64,000 bases of DNA from Ramazzottius varieornatus (lineage: Eukaryota; Animalia; Tardigrada): assembly GCA_001949185.1 (NCBI GenBank), contig BDGG01000001.1, forward strand, positions 4,453,624-4,517,623, in the 5' to 3' direction. The notes beneath the pieces are model-generated. The model saw nothing but the letters and a program-made list of their open reading frames with translations, did no database searches and had not been told where the DNA came from. A program made the position numbers and the translations under genes. Below, piece by piece: positions 38,769-54,100 of this stretch (its first letter is position 1; every line of letters starts with the position of its first letter).

Positions 38769-41174
38769 ATGTCGGACGAGACGATGGATCATGACGGCGA
38801 CACGGGAACACAAAGCCAAGGAGGAGGCTTTGAATGGGCAGTGCCCGAAGACGAGTTGGACTTCGAGGACAGCGGCAACGATGACTTCGGCGGTCGAGAC
38901 AGCCTTATCTACGCCGTCGACTTTTCCCACAAGATGTTCGAAGTCTGTAAGCCAAAGAAAGCTGGAGACAAACCCCGAACGGCTCTATACACAGCTGTAC
39001 AGGTAAGCTAACTGCTAACACTAATGGAACGAGTGAATAACGAAGGCTTGTGTCTCATAGGCGATTCGAGAAGCCGTCATCAGTCGAATCTATCGAAGCG
39101 AGCAAGACTTCCTGGCCATCATCTTCTACAACGTTTCCATAAGCCGTGGTACGAGTTTCAAGCACATCAACGTCGTGGACGACGTCCAGCGTCCAGGAGC
39201 CGAAGTGGTCAAGAAGCTGAACAACTTGCTGAACATGAGCGCGGACGAGCTGATAGCGGAGTTTGGCGTCACCAACAACTGCTCCATTGGCGATCTCTTA
39301 TGGGCCTGCAACTCGCTCTTCTCCACCATCTCCCAGAAGCTCTTCAGCAAACGTGTTCAGATCTTCACGGCGAACGATGATCCACACAAGGGAAATCGCC
39401 AGTATGTACTCTCGATTGTTTATCAGTTTATGCGAAATACTATGTCTGCAACTAGCGAATAATTATTTTGAGCACCTGCCTACATCAACCTTTATATTGG
39501 TCAACGTGATCGTGTATGCAGGTTCATGCTCAGCGATTGTTTTGTGGATGTTTGTCTTATAGGTCGATCAACTTTGCCAAGCAGAAAGCCACCGATATCT
39601 GGGAGAACGGCATCTCCATCACAGTTTTCGCCATGGATCTTCCCGATCATACCTTCGATCAGACCAAGTTTTGGGACTTAATCATGATCGCTGGTGATGA
39701 TGAAGACCAACGAGTGGCCCAGCTCGGAGACTGGGAAGACTTGACCAGCGCAGTCCGTCGTAAAGACCACGCCAAACGAGCCATGGCGCGTATTCCTATA
39801 GTCCTAGGTGACGGTCTCGAACTAAGCGTCAGTGTGTACACGCTAGTCCGCACAGCTACCAAAGCAGCTCCCGTCAAACTCCACAGTGGCTCTAATGAGA
39901 CAGTACAGGCGGAGACCACCAGCATGGAAGAACAAGGGGCGACCATCCTAATGCCTACTGACTTTAAGAAATATATGTCCTTCGCTGGTCGGAATCTGTA
40001 TTTCAGTCTGGAGGAAGTTGATGAGATGAAGAGGTTTGGGACACAAGGGCTGAAAGTCATTGCTTTCAAGAGTTTAGACTTCCTCAAAGAGAAGCATCAC
40101 ATTAGGCCAGCACAGTTCATCTACCCGGATGAGCATTCGGTTCGAGGGTCTTCGAAGCTCTTCATAGCTTTGCTGATGAAGTGTCTCGATAAGAAAGTCA
40201 TGGCGCTTTGTCAGTACATTCCACGAGAGAATATCGCCCCAAAGTACGTGGGCTTGGTTCCGCAGGAAGAAGAGCTGAGTGAAGATGGAACACAGATCGT
40301 TCCACCGGGCTTCCATATAGTCTTCTTCCCCTTCGCTGATGACTTCCGATCGAACTTGCCGAAACCGACAGACGCACCCGTTGCAGAAACAGAAGCGATC
40401 GAGAAAGCTCGGGTATGTTTTTTAAAAAAATTTGATATTTGGGATATCCGCAAATCGGTTCACTCAGACCGCTTTCCCAAGTAGCACACGCTCTCAACCG
40501 ATAACCGTCGAAACATGCGCCACTTGAGTCAGTGAAATCATCTCCATGTCTTACTTTAATTTCGCTTGGCAATGCATTCGCGAGTTTTCCTGAAACTAGA
40601 AAGTTTATTTTTGCGGTTTTAGGAATTGTTGAAGAAGCTAAAGTTTTCCTACAATCCAGAAAACTTTTCGAATCCGGTGCTGCAGACTCATCTGAAGAAC
40701 ATCGAAGCACTCGCCTTACAGCTGGAAGTGGATGACGAGGGAGGGGTAAAGGTGGAGGACTTCACGGAGCCAAAGACCAAAGCCATGGAGAAACGAGCGG
40801 GCAAGGTGATGCAAGAGCTCGTGGATCTCGTCTACCCCAATGGATATGATCCCCTTAAGGCTGCTGGACCCAAGAAGCGCACCTACGAACCCAAAGAAAA
40901 AAAAGCGCCGGTAAAGAAGAAAGGTCCGGCTAGTGGGGAGGGTGACGGAGGTGGCGATGCTGACATCGCGGAAGCAGCTGAGAACGGCACGCTGAAGAAG
41001 CTGACTATCCCAGTTCTCAAGGCCGTATGTCGTTTCAGTGCTCGCATTTCTTATCGAACGATTGACAATTTTTTCGTTTTGCAGTACTGTCAGAAGCACA
41101 AGATCAAACCGGAAGGCAGCAAGAAGGATGACTTGATCGGAGCCATCGAGACACATCTGGCCGGAAATGACTGA
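38769..41174 (+). CDS. XRCC6: Ku70
   Basis: GRDSLIYAVD vWA start, LWACN, KRVQIFTANDDPH, FIYPDE...GS.KLF.ALL, PPGFHIVFFPFADDFR, YNPENFSNPVLQ, C-terminal SAP (LKKLTIPVLKA|YC). Confidence 0.96.
39473..39524. repeat. Intronic palindrome family B (CACCTGCATAC-N30-GTATGCAGGTG)
   Basis: CACCTGCCTAC-N30-GTATGCAGGTT in a Ku70 intron. Confidence 0.75.
40478..40526. repeat. Intronic palindrome family A core
   Basis: CAAGTAGCACAC-N25-ATGCGCCACTTG in a Ku70 intron. Confidence 0.8.
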
Positions 41175-41541
41175 TTCCTTTACATTTTCGAGATGAAAAT
41201 AGTACTACTGCACAAGCTTTCTCTATCACGTATTCTATTTTTATCGACAAACTTTTTCTTATTTTGCGAAAATTTTTTTTTTGTGGGTTGTAAACAAAGA
41301 TCTACAAAAAAAAGTAAAATAGATCAGTGTCAAGGTTTCTGAGTGGATATAATACCGAATAATAAAAAATAAAAAAGACTGCAACTTTTCTCCGCCTTGT
41401 CCATAGGAAACATTACAGTAAAATGAATAAAAAATAGCTGAATACAGAAAGGAACAAAGGAGGGCTCGCGTCAAACCCGGAAGACGAATAAAAAGACCAG
41501 CTATTAGAACTCCTTTTTCATTTGGCACCAAAGAGAAATTA

Positions 41542-44500
41542 CTAACATTCTACATCCAAAGGCAGCTCTTCGAACCGATGTCCGGTGCGAACTCGGCAAG
41601 TCATTGCTGTATTTTGTGCGATCAAAGCTTGACGTTCCCTGTCCACGTACAGCTCGGCTATCTCCATGCAGGCTGCGGCATCAGCCAGGCTGTCATGCCC
41701 TTGAACACCTCTGTCCATAGTGCGCTTTAGATTCTTCGAAACCAGTTCCGCCAGACCTGAAACGTGAGCAAACTTCATTATAAAAGAAAACCCGTGCTTT
41801 GGTTTGCTGTACAGAGAGCGAGGAACTCAGTGAACAAAATGCAATCGTCTTTCGATCACCTGCATACGCGTAGATGTACCAATACCTGGGCAAAAGAGTA
41901 CGCTGGTGCTTGGAAGAGGTTTTCCAAGCACCTGCATACATCGAGCCGTACTTCAATACAAATAACGTTGTATGCGGGTGAATGAAAGGCGAGCTCGTTC
42001 CTTACCATCCTTTCAAACACCATCAACAATTGAATTCTCACCTGGGATGTAGGTCCCTTCCATGAACATGACCGTAGTGTCAACCACATGCATGTGAATC
42101 AGTCTCAGCGCCAGCAGATCGTAATGCAGGGAATGTCCAATCAGCAGCGTGTCTTTATGGATGATCGGTCCCAGAAGATCCGTGTGGACCTCTTCAAGAC
42201 TCTTCGCTCGTACATTCATTACATCAGCCTCGGTCACACCACTGTGCCGCGTAATGTAATCAAGGACTTTTCCTTCCGGGCGGACGAAACGATCATACAC
42301 CTTCGTCAACGTTCGGTCCACAACCGACACTCGCGCAACCTCGTAGCCCTTCTCCGTGAAGATCATCTCGCAATCGAGAGCTAGAACCCTCATTTTCCAC
42401 GCGCGTTCCAGTGCTTTTCCTACAGGCTCCACTCTGTGGGTGCTTCGGAAAGCGTTCATGCCGCTGTATGCTCGGCTGACGTGCCCTGGAGCTGTGGCAT
42501 CGGTACAACCGTAAGAACGCATTCGTCCTTTGCAGCACGTGTAAACGTTGCTCTGCAAACGTGTGTCGAAGAACTTGTCGCCAGCGTGGTCTTTGTAGGA
42601 ACATTCATTCCGGATGGAGTACGAGCCGTCGGGCTCCACGCCGTAGTATTCGGTGCATCGGTCGCACAGGCGCAGCTGGTGAGCGATTTGGAACTCTTTG
42701 ACTTGATGCGAGTAGGCGACGTAGTGGTGATCGCCCACCGAAGTCTTCCCGGCCAAATCTGCGAAGAAAAAATTCACGGTGGAAAGCCGAATCACTTTCC
42801 GTAGTACATATTAGACACGAGGAAAGAATTCGGACAGTGTGATCACTACTGCAGGCCGGCAAACAGAAGTACGAACGTTGCATACACCTGCATACGAATA
42901 GCCCATTTTTAATGTACGGCTGACCGTCTGCAGATTTGTGCAAGACTCCACTACGATTTCCAAAAGTGTTTCGGACGACGGCATTATAGAGACTCACTGG
43001 ACTTCTTGCGGAAAATCAGCGGGTATCCACAATACTTCAGCTGCGGATACTTCAGCACATGTTTCTCCAAGGCTCTGTACAAGTCGACGTTTCTTATCCC
43101 CTGAGACATCTTGAGGAAGTTCTTGGCCAGCGTAACTTCGTCCTGTCTTTTCTCTTTCAAGACGTCAACCCAAGACTCCGGCGGTCCCTCAGACAGCGGC
43201 TCTACCACGATCGAACCCTCCTCCTGGACGTTGCGGAAGACCAACCTCGGAATGGTACTCAGCAGCTTATCGAAGTCGTCCACGGTTCCTCGATACAGGC
43301 TGCACTGGTCACACGAGCACTTTTTCCGCAGTCTCTGACAGCGAGCAAGCGACTCCATCGCGTCACCGTAGGAGACTATGGGGTAGTATGACACGAGTCT
43401 TTGCCAGAAGGCGCTGTATTTACTGAGGTACCTCAAGTTCCCGACGATCAGCAGGGCGTCTTTAGCACGGCTCAAAGCGACGTTGACGCGCCGTTGGTCA
43501 GTTAGGAACCCAAGCTGACCATTCTTCTTGCGCATGTTACCCGAACGAACACAGGAAAGAATAATGCACTGCTTTTCTTGTGCTTGAAAGGCGTCCACGG
43601 TGTTTATGGCCAGTCTCTAAGAGAGAATTTACTATTCAGTGATGCTTCTTCCTAGAAGATGAAATGTTTTGACTTGATACCTTGGAACTCCGCGAACTAT
43701 GATAACTCGACAAGACTGTTTCTCCAAGTGGCGCACTTATTCGGCGTTACTAGCCAAAAGCGCGCGCCACTTGAAAAAACGATCTTGCCAAACTTGTTTG
43801 CCCAAGTCGCAATCTACTCAAAAATGATCATGCAAGAATGAAAACCTGAAATTTATAACACTTTGTCACTTTTAAGAAGAGATTTCGTGAGTGTACCTTC
43901 AGGACTTCTGTGGGGAGGCAGGTATGGTTTTGCAGGATCTTGCGTATCTGAGCCGCCTGTCCTTTGTAAAATGTGATCACACCAATGTCCTCAGCGCTGA
44001 TGCCATTCCGGAGCAGGTTGATAACTAGGAAGCAGACCGTAATGGCTTCTTGGACGTTCAAGCTGGAAGCTCCATCGGCGGCGACCTCGTGAAAGCTGGA
44101 GGTGTGAATGGCCAAGGTCGCCAAGTTGGTCATCTTTCCATCTATGTCCACCCTTTGGAAAAACACTGCACTTTCTGCAATACAATGATCAGCTTAGAAA
44201 ATATCCAATTGAATATTCCAGAAACAAATTTAGTTACTTTTCGCGTTGGGAGACATGCAGTGAGCCTCGAAGCCGTAAACCACTTCGGCCAACGGTTTCC
44301 ATATGGAGGGATGCATGCGGTACTGGGTTTGTAACGTGCAGGACATGATGGAAGTATCGTTCATAGACAAAAGGCGTTCGAACAAGGAAAGCTCCAGGTT
44401 AGAAGATTTTAGCAGTCGCATGAGGACAGCTACTCCAAGTTGCTTGTCATCACCCACCATCACAACCTTCCGGCAACCTTTCGTTATGGCGATTAGTGCG

Positions 44501-47494
44501 TCTGCCTCGCTCGCTTGCGTGGCTTCGTCGATAATCACCGTCCCGAACTTGACCTTCTTCAGGTTAAAACATCCGGCGCTCTGAAAAAAGAGCACATGCG
44601 GTTAGCGAATGTGAAATAGTAGCTCGGCTAGTAAATTCGATAAGATTGTTTCAGCGAGTGGTGCATGCTTTCGACCGGTAACACTAAAAATGTGCCCCCG
44701 TTGGGGAAACAATCTTATCGAGTCTGTTTGTCGAGCTCCCAAATACTGATGTTGATTGAATTCACCAACAGTTATCCTTATCTTGTTTCTGGATATTTTT
44801 CAGAAAAATGGTTCGACGAAGCAGAACTCACGTTGCAAGTGCAGCAGATGATGTGGCTCGATTTGATGATGGACATGATGGTTTCTTCGACGAGTTCGGA
44901 GCTACACTCTTCCTTGTAATTCTTGCCCAGCTGTTTCTGGACCTTGTGGTCCAACGTAAGGGCCAGTAGCTCGTCAGAAAGATCTTCTGGGGCCACTGAC
45001 TTGGAGATGATCCGGGTGACTCTGTCGTTACCGCATTCTCTCGCAAACTGCAGAGTTAAATGGTCAGTGGCCTTGTTGCTGTTCGCGCAGCATAGAATAG
45101 GATCGGATTCCTTTAGCTCTCGAAGAAGTAGCTGCTGAACCAACGTCACAAGCACCTTAGTCTTCCCGGTCCCTGCTGGACCCTAAAAGAATTATATCCT
45201 ACGTTCAAATCGTGGTTCGGTGTATTGGAGAGATCGGCAAACAAACTCGAACGGATCGGTGTCCCAAGTGGCGGGTACTTCAAGCCAAAATGACTGAAAA
45301 AGTGCGCCACTTGGAACGATCTGATCGAGTTTGTTAACCGAACTCCCGCTCATTAGATATCTCGCAAAAATATGTTCAGTTTTATAGGTTACTTTCGCAG
45401 TAGAAATCTTCTGTCATGTTTCAATTGGCTATATCGTCGTACCTTGATCAGGCACAGATTTGAGTGTAAGGCCAAGTTCACCGCTTCCGCCTGTTCTTCA
45501 TCCAGTCCGTGTAGCTCCAGTTCTTTACATTCCCTCTGTTTCATGAAGTGCCGGTCTCTCGCTTGATTCTGACCACCAAGTATCTTGCGCTTGAGTTCGC
45601 CACTGATGTAGTCGGTCTTTCCCCGGAAGCGCGCCAGTGCATTGAGACGTCGCGTATGAGCGATGTCGTCACTGCAGACCTCCACCGACACGCTACCGCA
45701 CAAGTGCTCTTGTCTGAGAGGTTTGTCTCGGAATGACACCACCACAGAGAAAACGGCTCTGGAAGCACTCCGGCCGTCGACAAACTTCTCTTTCTTCTTG
45801 CCTTTCTTGACTTTGGCCCCAAGTAACGCCCACTTCCGTTTGGATGATTCAGAGCTGAGGTTACCTTCGAGTTCTTCCATGTCGTTAACGAACGCTCGGT
45901 ACGGCACGACTGCGCCGTGTCGTTCCACATACACCGTTACCACTGCACCTAAGTGAACGACCAAAACGGTTCCATCTGGAAAGAATTTATGAGAACGAGA
46001 ACCTCGGCAAACAAGGTCTTCGCGAATTTCACGAACCTACATACGTCTTAAGAATAGGAAATATGACTACTGCTGTGTGCAGGTGCGTAAAACTTCAGCA
46101 ACTGATGGACCTGCATACTTTCCGACTGGAAACAATATGTGTAACAATGTATGCAGGTGTGTGAAAATTCTAGCAATCTCTCTTTTCCGACCTTTCGGTA
46201 CGAGTACCTTTGCGGAATTTTGTGCGGTCGATTTCGGCGTCTGTAGCGAACTTGATGCTTTCCACCATTGCGGTAGGCGGAACATTGGGGTCTACATAGA
46301 CCGTGACGTCCTCCATGAAGGGCAAGGACAAGCAGTCCACCGCTTCCGACAGCCACTGCAAACGCTCCAGCTCCACAAAGTGCTGACTGTATTCTTCTTC
46401 GTTTTTGAAGTAGGTCTTGCGCGGTGGAATGTGCTGACGGTAGTCATCCTTCAAAACAAAATGATCGGTCATCAATGAAGGACTCCACTGGAATATTCTT
46501 TATTCACTAAAACCAACGTAACATAATTACTGTATTTTTTCTAATATACGAATATACTGTATTCCCTCGATGGTTTCGCGAATCACGTGACGGTCAACGT
46601 AAATATTACCCGGCGGGGATGGAAATGCCTGTGTCTTCAATCAACGTTACTGCCAATCAAGTTCCGTGATGGGCGACAATCAGACAATCAGTGATGTCAG
46701 TGCGGGTGTAGTTTACTGGCGTGATGACGTACTTCGCGAAACCATCGAGGCAATACAGTACTGCAATTCACACCTGGAGTCCTCGGATGCCCAGCTCTTC
46801 TCCAATCCACTTCTTGGCTTCTCTGGTCACCTGATACTTGGTGATCTTCAAGGAGCTTTCTGCACAAAGGGAGACCGGTACGAAGCTGTCGCTGACACAG
46901 CAAGCTAGAATGTCATGGTGACAGTCGATGACAGGCTTCCAGTCGGCTGCGTTGTAGCTCTTCTGAGACAAAGCGCAGGTCCGACAGAAGACCACTCCAG
47001 GTACAACATTGCTGGTAGTTTTCCGGGTTTTCAGCTGCTCGTACAGGTCGAAGACATTCGGCTCGTCGCACTTGTGGCAAATGACAGAGAAAACTTTCGG
47101 TTGGTTTTTTTGACGGACGGCGATCTTGCGGTGATCCGCCATATGAAGATGGCTCAGGATATGACTGACAAACAAGTTCTCTACTGTTAGCTTCGAATGC
47201 CCAGTCATTCTTGAGGCGTGCAGAACTAATGCTGTTCCGTATTATACGTGCAAAAAAACAAGTACAAACCTCTCTTTGTGTTGGACACTTTCTTCTTCCG
47301 AGTTGCCATTGCAAAACCAGAGATTGCAGTCCTCCTGGACACATTGCACCAAACATCCAGTGTCCTTCGACTGGCAAAATCTGTAAGCAAATACGGTTTA
47401 TAATCTTGTCCTCCATGAGTGCATGACAAACGGAAACCAAATTGACGTTTTAAGCGAAGTGAACTGTAACTTACCCGCACTGCGGGGAGGACAT
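41542..47494 (-). CDS. UPF1-like (CH zinc domain + SF1B helicase) protein fused to a REXO1-like zinc finger and DEDDh exonuclease
   Basis: N-term C|GFCQ...CLVQC...WFCNG, SHILSHL, CHKCDEPNVF, FCRTC. Helicase GPAGTGKT, ANSNKATD, IIDEATQ, VGDDKQL, SLFERL, QYRMHP, RVNVALSRAK. C-term LYRAL...LKYCGYP, CDRC...EC.Y...YTCC.G...GC...HV, ALDCEM, LIGHSL.YDL, VVDT, GHDSLADA. The start codon at 47494 is tentative. Confidence 0.85.
41857..41980. repeat. Intronic palindrome family B, two tandem units
   Basis: Units 41857-41908 and 41929-41980, each with a 30-nt spacer. Confidence 0.8.
43725..43773. repeat. Intronic palindrome family A core
   Basis: CAAGTGGCGCAC-N25-GCGCGCCACTTG in a helicase gene intron. 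Confidence 0.85.
45265..45313. repeat. Intronic palindrome family A core
   Basis: CAAGTGGCGGGT-N25-GTGCGCCACTTG with long complementary outer arms, in a helicase gene intron. Confidence 0.85.
46034..46159. repeat. Intronic palindrome family B, two tandem units
   Basis: Units 46034-46085 and 46108-46159, each with a 30-nt spacer. Confidence 0.8.
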
Positions 47495-48628
47495 GTTGCT
47501 GGAGAGGGATTCCTCCTGTCTCCTAGAGTGGCCGTCCGTAACCAACTCCGTTTGTAATTGTGCAGCAATCTGCGAAAAACAGGAAGTTGCAAATATTTCG
47601 TATGAAAGAACGATACTTTGCGCGGCCAATGCAGACTGCTAATGATACCGGATCAGAATCTTACTGATGAGAAATCTTTCGATCTTCGCCGGAAGAGAGG
47701 AATGGATACTGCTTTCTTCTTGCTTTCTCGTCTATGTTTCCTTTCGCGCGAAAGCGACGAAAAGCAGAACAACGGAACAGGCTTTTCGTTGCCTGTTGCG
47801 CTCAAAGTCCACGATAAAGCGAGCGTCTCAAGGGACAAGGGCAGCTGTTTGCTGATGTAGCCTGCGATGATTCGTCCAACAGGGCTATAAGAAATCCGGC
47901 ACCAACAGTGGATGAATAATGGTTCGTTTGACTGATACCGAAGCCGCCATGCCTCTAGCTTGACAGAGCAGAACACTTTCCATCGTTTGTGCTGTCGAAG
48001 TGAAACAAAAGTGAGATAACACACCACCCGCGCAGCAGGCACACAACCGGCACCGGTGCATGGCACATTCATGACTGCGTAGCGAGACCAAGCGGCCCAG
48101 CTTTTGTCCGAAGAGCTAGGGCGAAGCGGACTCCAGTCTTCTCTATGACAGGCTCAGGCTATGTAGCGAGACGGCGATTTCTGCGGAGTCTTGGCTTCCT
48201 GCTGTGAGGGCAAAATCCACTTTTCGAGGGCTCCCGCAAAGTGGATTTTGGTATTCGGGATTCATCCTAGGCCTGTCCGTGATGGGGCGTGATCCTGCTA
48301 TTCTTTTGGCTTCTACGCCTTCTGTCTGGCTGGCGAAGTAGTCCACAAATTCCCGTTTCCTTAGGTGACCACCGCTGCGAAGATCGGTCTGCAGTTGCTG
48401 TTGCGAGTTGCACGAGATACTGCTGATGACCAGGCATCACTCCCGCCGGAGTCGAACCCTTCGGCTGTCACACGGAATTAGAACGGTAAGTGATGTGAGT
48501 GTTTCATTCTCAATAATTTTGGGTATTCTTATCAGATATGCTATGTACAATCACAAAAAGATTGAAAGTTTGCGAAGTCTCTACGAATAACCTATACAGC
48601 AGCAAATATGAAAATCCTTCTTTAATGT

Positions 48629-50638
<2,010 letters not shown>

Positions 50639-51157
50639 CTAGAACACTTCGTCGATGAGCCTCTAACATCCAGCTGTGGACCACCAGTTCTAGCAGTTCG
50701 CCGGGGCGGAAATAGCGGTAGGGTTTTATTTTACCTCGTAATGTAAGTTTCACAAGCGGGAACCTACCGCCGCTTTGTCGAGTGTCGGCTCGGCCGACAC
50801 CGACGCAAAGCCTGGCTTTTGTGTTCGTTTCCCACGATGTATAATCGGAAGCGGAACTAATTAGCAGGTTCTGTAATCCGCATCATAGCCCGAAACCTTC
50901 TGCATAAGTAGGTGGCTGAATGGCAAGGTTGCCGTTCGTAAGGCGCTTTTATCTTCCGGTCTAGTGTCGTTTTAGATCAGTAAAGGACTGCTATTTTCTA
51001 GCATGTATCAGTAACGTAAATATTTCCTACAAAAGGGTTCGCCGTTCGGCTAAGGAATGCGTGGTGCTTTATTGCCAAAGGTTCTTGCCTTTACAGATTC
51101 TGTCGAACGAACTTAAACACGATACGTGCCACGAAACCATGACCATTTAGACAGTCC

Positions 51158-54100
51158 TTATGTTCTATGAAAGTCCAATTTAAGAATTCGAATGAAGGTT
51201 TTCTTAAACTGCTGGTTGGCAAGTGCATAACAAAAAGGATTGATGGGACTGTTTAAGTAGCACAGCCAATAACTCAAGGCATAAAAGTCGGCGTTAACAC
51301 ATCCATTACAGAAGCCTTCGACGGTGGCCAGGATATGCCAGGGCGTCCAGCATAGCACGAAGGCGCCCATGATGAATGTGATCGTCTTTAGAGCTTTCCT
51401 GGCGCGGTTCTCCGACTTTGATTGCTGGCGTTTATTGATGCTTTTCTTCCTGCTACTTCGACTAGCAGCCGCTCGTAATCGTCTTCCAAACGCCCGAAGT
51501 TTCTCCGAGTTGTCCCGGCTGGAGAGCATCGAGTTGGTTTGATGCAATGCGGCCTTGTCGTTATCGTTGCTGTTAGTGTTGTTCGCAGAGCGTTGGTCCG
51601 ATTCGTATCGAGTAGACTCTTCACCGATGTCACTGACTTCCGGCTTGACCGAGACGCGCAAAGGAGGACTTCGAGCTGTACGAGTCAGGTTAAGAGGGGA
51701 GTTTCGACCGGAAGTGATCGGAGTGATCACGTCCGGGATCTGAGGAGAGTCTTTGGTGGAGATTGGGGCTGTGCTTGATCGTTCGGGCGTGGCTAGCGGA
51801 GGTGCGGCTACTTTGAAGGTCAACTGAGGTCCAGGTACTTGGAGTTTGGGAGGTGTGGAGCTACGTTTACGAAGGGTTGAGGGGGATGAGCTGATGGAAG
51901 ACCGGTTGGTTGGAGTTGAGCTGTGCGTTCCGTCGATTGAGGAGTTGGGCGACTTGAGGCTTTCTTGATCGATAAAGCGCCAGTCGTTGGTGCTGTTCAG
52001 TGGGGTGCGTCCAGTGAAGGGTTGTAGTAACCCACTGGGAAGCTCGTCGAAGCGCACAGGGAAAGGCACGCGCGGAATCCAGACTGGCTCGACAAAGTCG
52101 GCGGGGCTATCAGAAGAGACCGCCGAAATGGCTCTTCCCCCTTCAGCCGACGCACTTCGTGCCGAGGCCTCGTTTGTCGCCGAAGAAGACGCGCTCTCCC
52201 GTTGAGCAAATAAGAGACGAATTTCATCGTTGAGCTCTTTGGCTAAAAGAATAGTCTGTAAAGTGGTGGCAGTGTTGATGATGGGTTGTGAAATGCAAGG
52301 AAGGGCAAGGCTGGGCCGGGAAGACGTCAGCGCGGTCTTATCCACGTCAGGTAGCGACCGAGACTGTGGAAGTGGCGGTTCGACGGAAGATGGTCCTTCA
52401 GGAGAAAGGTCGATCAAGCTCTTTTTCAGCTGAACGACGGGCTCGTCTTGGGAGCGGTGTTTGAGCTTGGGCAGTCCTGCTGGTTTTGGAGGAGGCTGAA
52501 TCTTCGGCACGATGACTTCCTTCTGGCCGCGCGGGCGCTGACGGTGCGCCATGGTCTGTCTAATGTCACGGAAAACATGGTTGTGGGGCCTGGCTGTGGT
52601 GCCTCCTTTCACTGGCGGCTTCTTGTTGATAGGCTGATTGGGATGAAAGGCCGTTTTCCCGCCGGCTGCTCCTTCAGCCTGCTCCGTGTCCGAGGGGAAT
52701 TCGGGACTGCTGGAACGGTCGTGGTCTCCAGAGCCCGAGCTACCACTGGTGTCGCCAGGAGGCTTCAGCGGGGTCTGTACGTCCACATTCGTGTCAGTCG
52801 TCGTCCTTCCTGCAAAGGGAATAGCATGGAATATAAAAAGAAAGGGATAATTGAGGAAACATTGACGTCATGATACTTCAGGATGAATTTTGCAACAGTG
52901 CCATAATCTTTAATTCGATTTGAAAAGCTGTTGAACGTACAAAGCTCTTACATCATGCAATAAAATTTCTCAAGATTCGCTCGTTCGTGCATAACTCAAC
53001 ACAAATCTGTCCTGAATAAAAAACCAGTCACCCATGTCATCAACGGGAAAAAGTTGAGCTGACAACCTTTCTTATTATCCAAGCACCTCTAAAATAAGTC
53101 AGCTGAAGTTTCATCAAACTTGAATCCAAAGTCCAAAATTCAGGTACTACCGTAGTACGCATACGTATTTACTGGAAATTGTGTATGGGCTGCTAGATCG
53201 ATTAGAATTTTGAGGAACTTCCGGTCAGTACGAACCTTGTGTAACGGTTGTTGAATTGAAGACAACGCTCACATCGTTCAACTGCGGTTTGAGCGTGTGA
53301 ACGGTTAGGAAGCCTGCCGGTTTGTTAGTGTCCACCACTTTGTTCACACCGGTCGCGCCCAGTCGGACCATCTGCTGCATCTTCTGGTGCTTCGCCGCGG
53401 ACTTCCTCTGCAGTGTGAAAGCCGTCTGATAGATGCCGGCATACAGTGACAACAATACCACCATAGTCGACCAAAAATACGCAAAAATGAAAACTAGATT
53501 AAAAGTAGGGTTTGATTTGATATACTGGGCTTCACAACTGCCTTCGCCCATTCCACGTCCCCCCATAAACGTATCCCATGCTAAATGTATGGTAAAAAAC
53601 AGGCCCGATGGAATAATCCACGTCATAATGATCATAGTTTGCACTTTTCTTTTAGACCTCCAGTTCCGGTATTTGGCGGGGATCTTCACCGAGCAAAAGC
53701 GATCAATGGTGATGAGCAAGACGTTGTACTGGCTGACCAAGCAGACAGTATAGTCCAGGGAGAGCCACAAGTCACACAAGATGTCGGGCATGGGCCAGCG
53801 TCCCAACAGCAAGTAAGTGGAATAAGCCGGCATGGAAAATAAGCCAATTAGTAAATCGGTCACCGCTAATGAGGCGATGAAATAATTGCTGGGTTGACGC
53901 AGAGCTCGTTCCACCACAAAAGCGATTAGTACCAGGATGTTTCCGAGAACGGTGATGAGGGCGGTGATGGCTGTCAGCGTGGCAATGATGGCCACTTCCC
54001 AGTTGGCATACTTGAGCGGTTCCGGAAGCTGAAGGGACTCGGGCGAGGTGGCGTTGGTCAGGTTGCCGTAAAGGAGGTCCGCGGAGAAGGGAGTGGTAAG

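Noticed and set aside
41542-47494. Viral origin: the zinc domain + SF1 helicase + DEDDh order resembles nidovirus nsp13-nsp14
   Set aside because: The gene has many spliceosomal introns, both modules resemble cellular UPF1 and REXO1, and there is no RdRp nearby.
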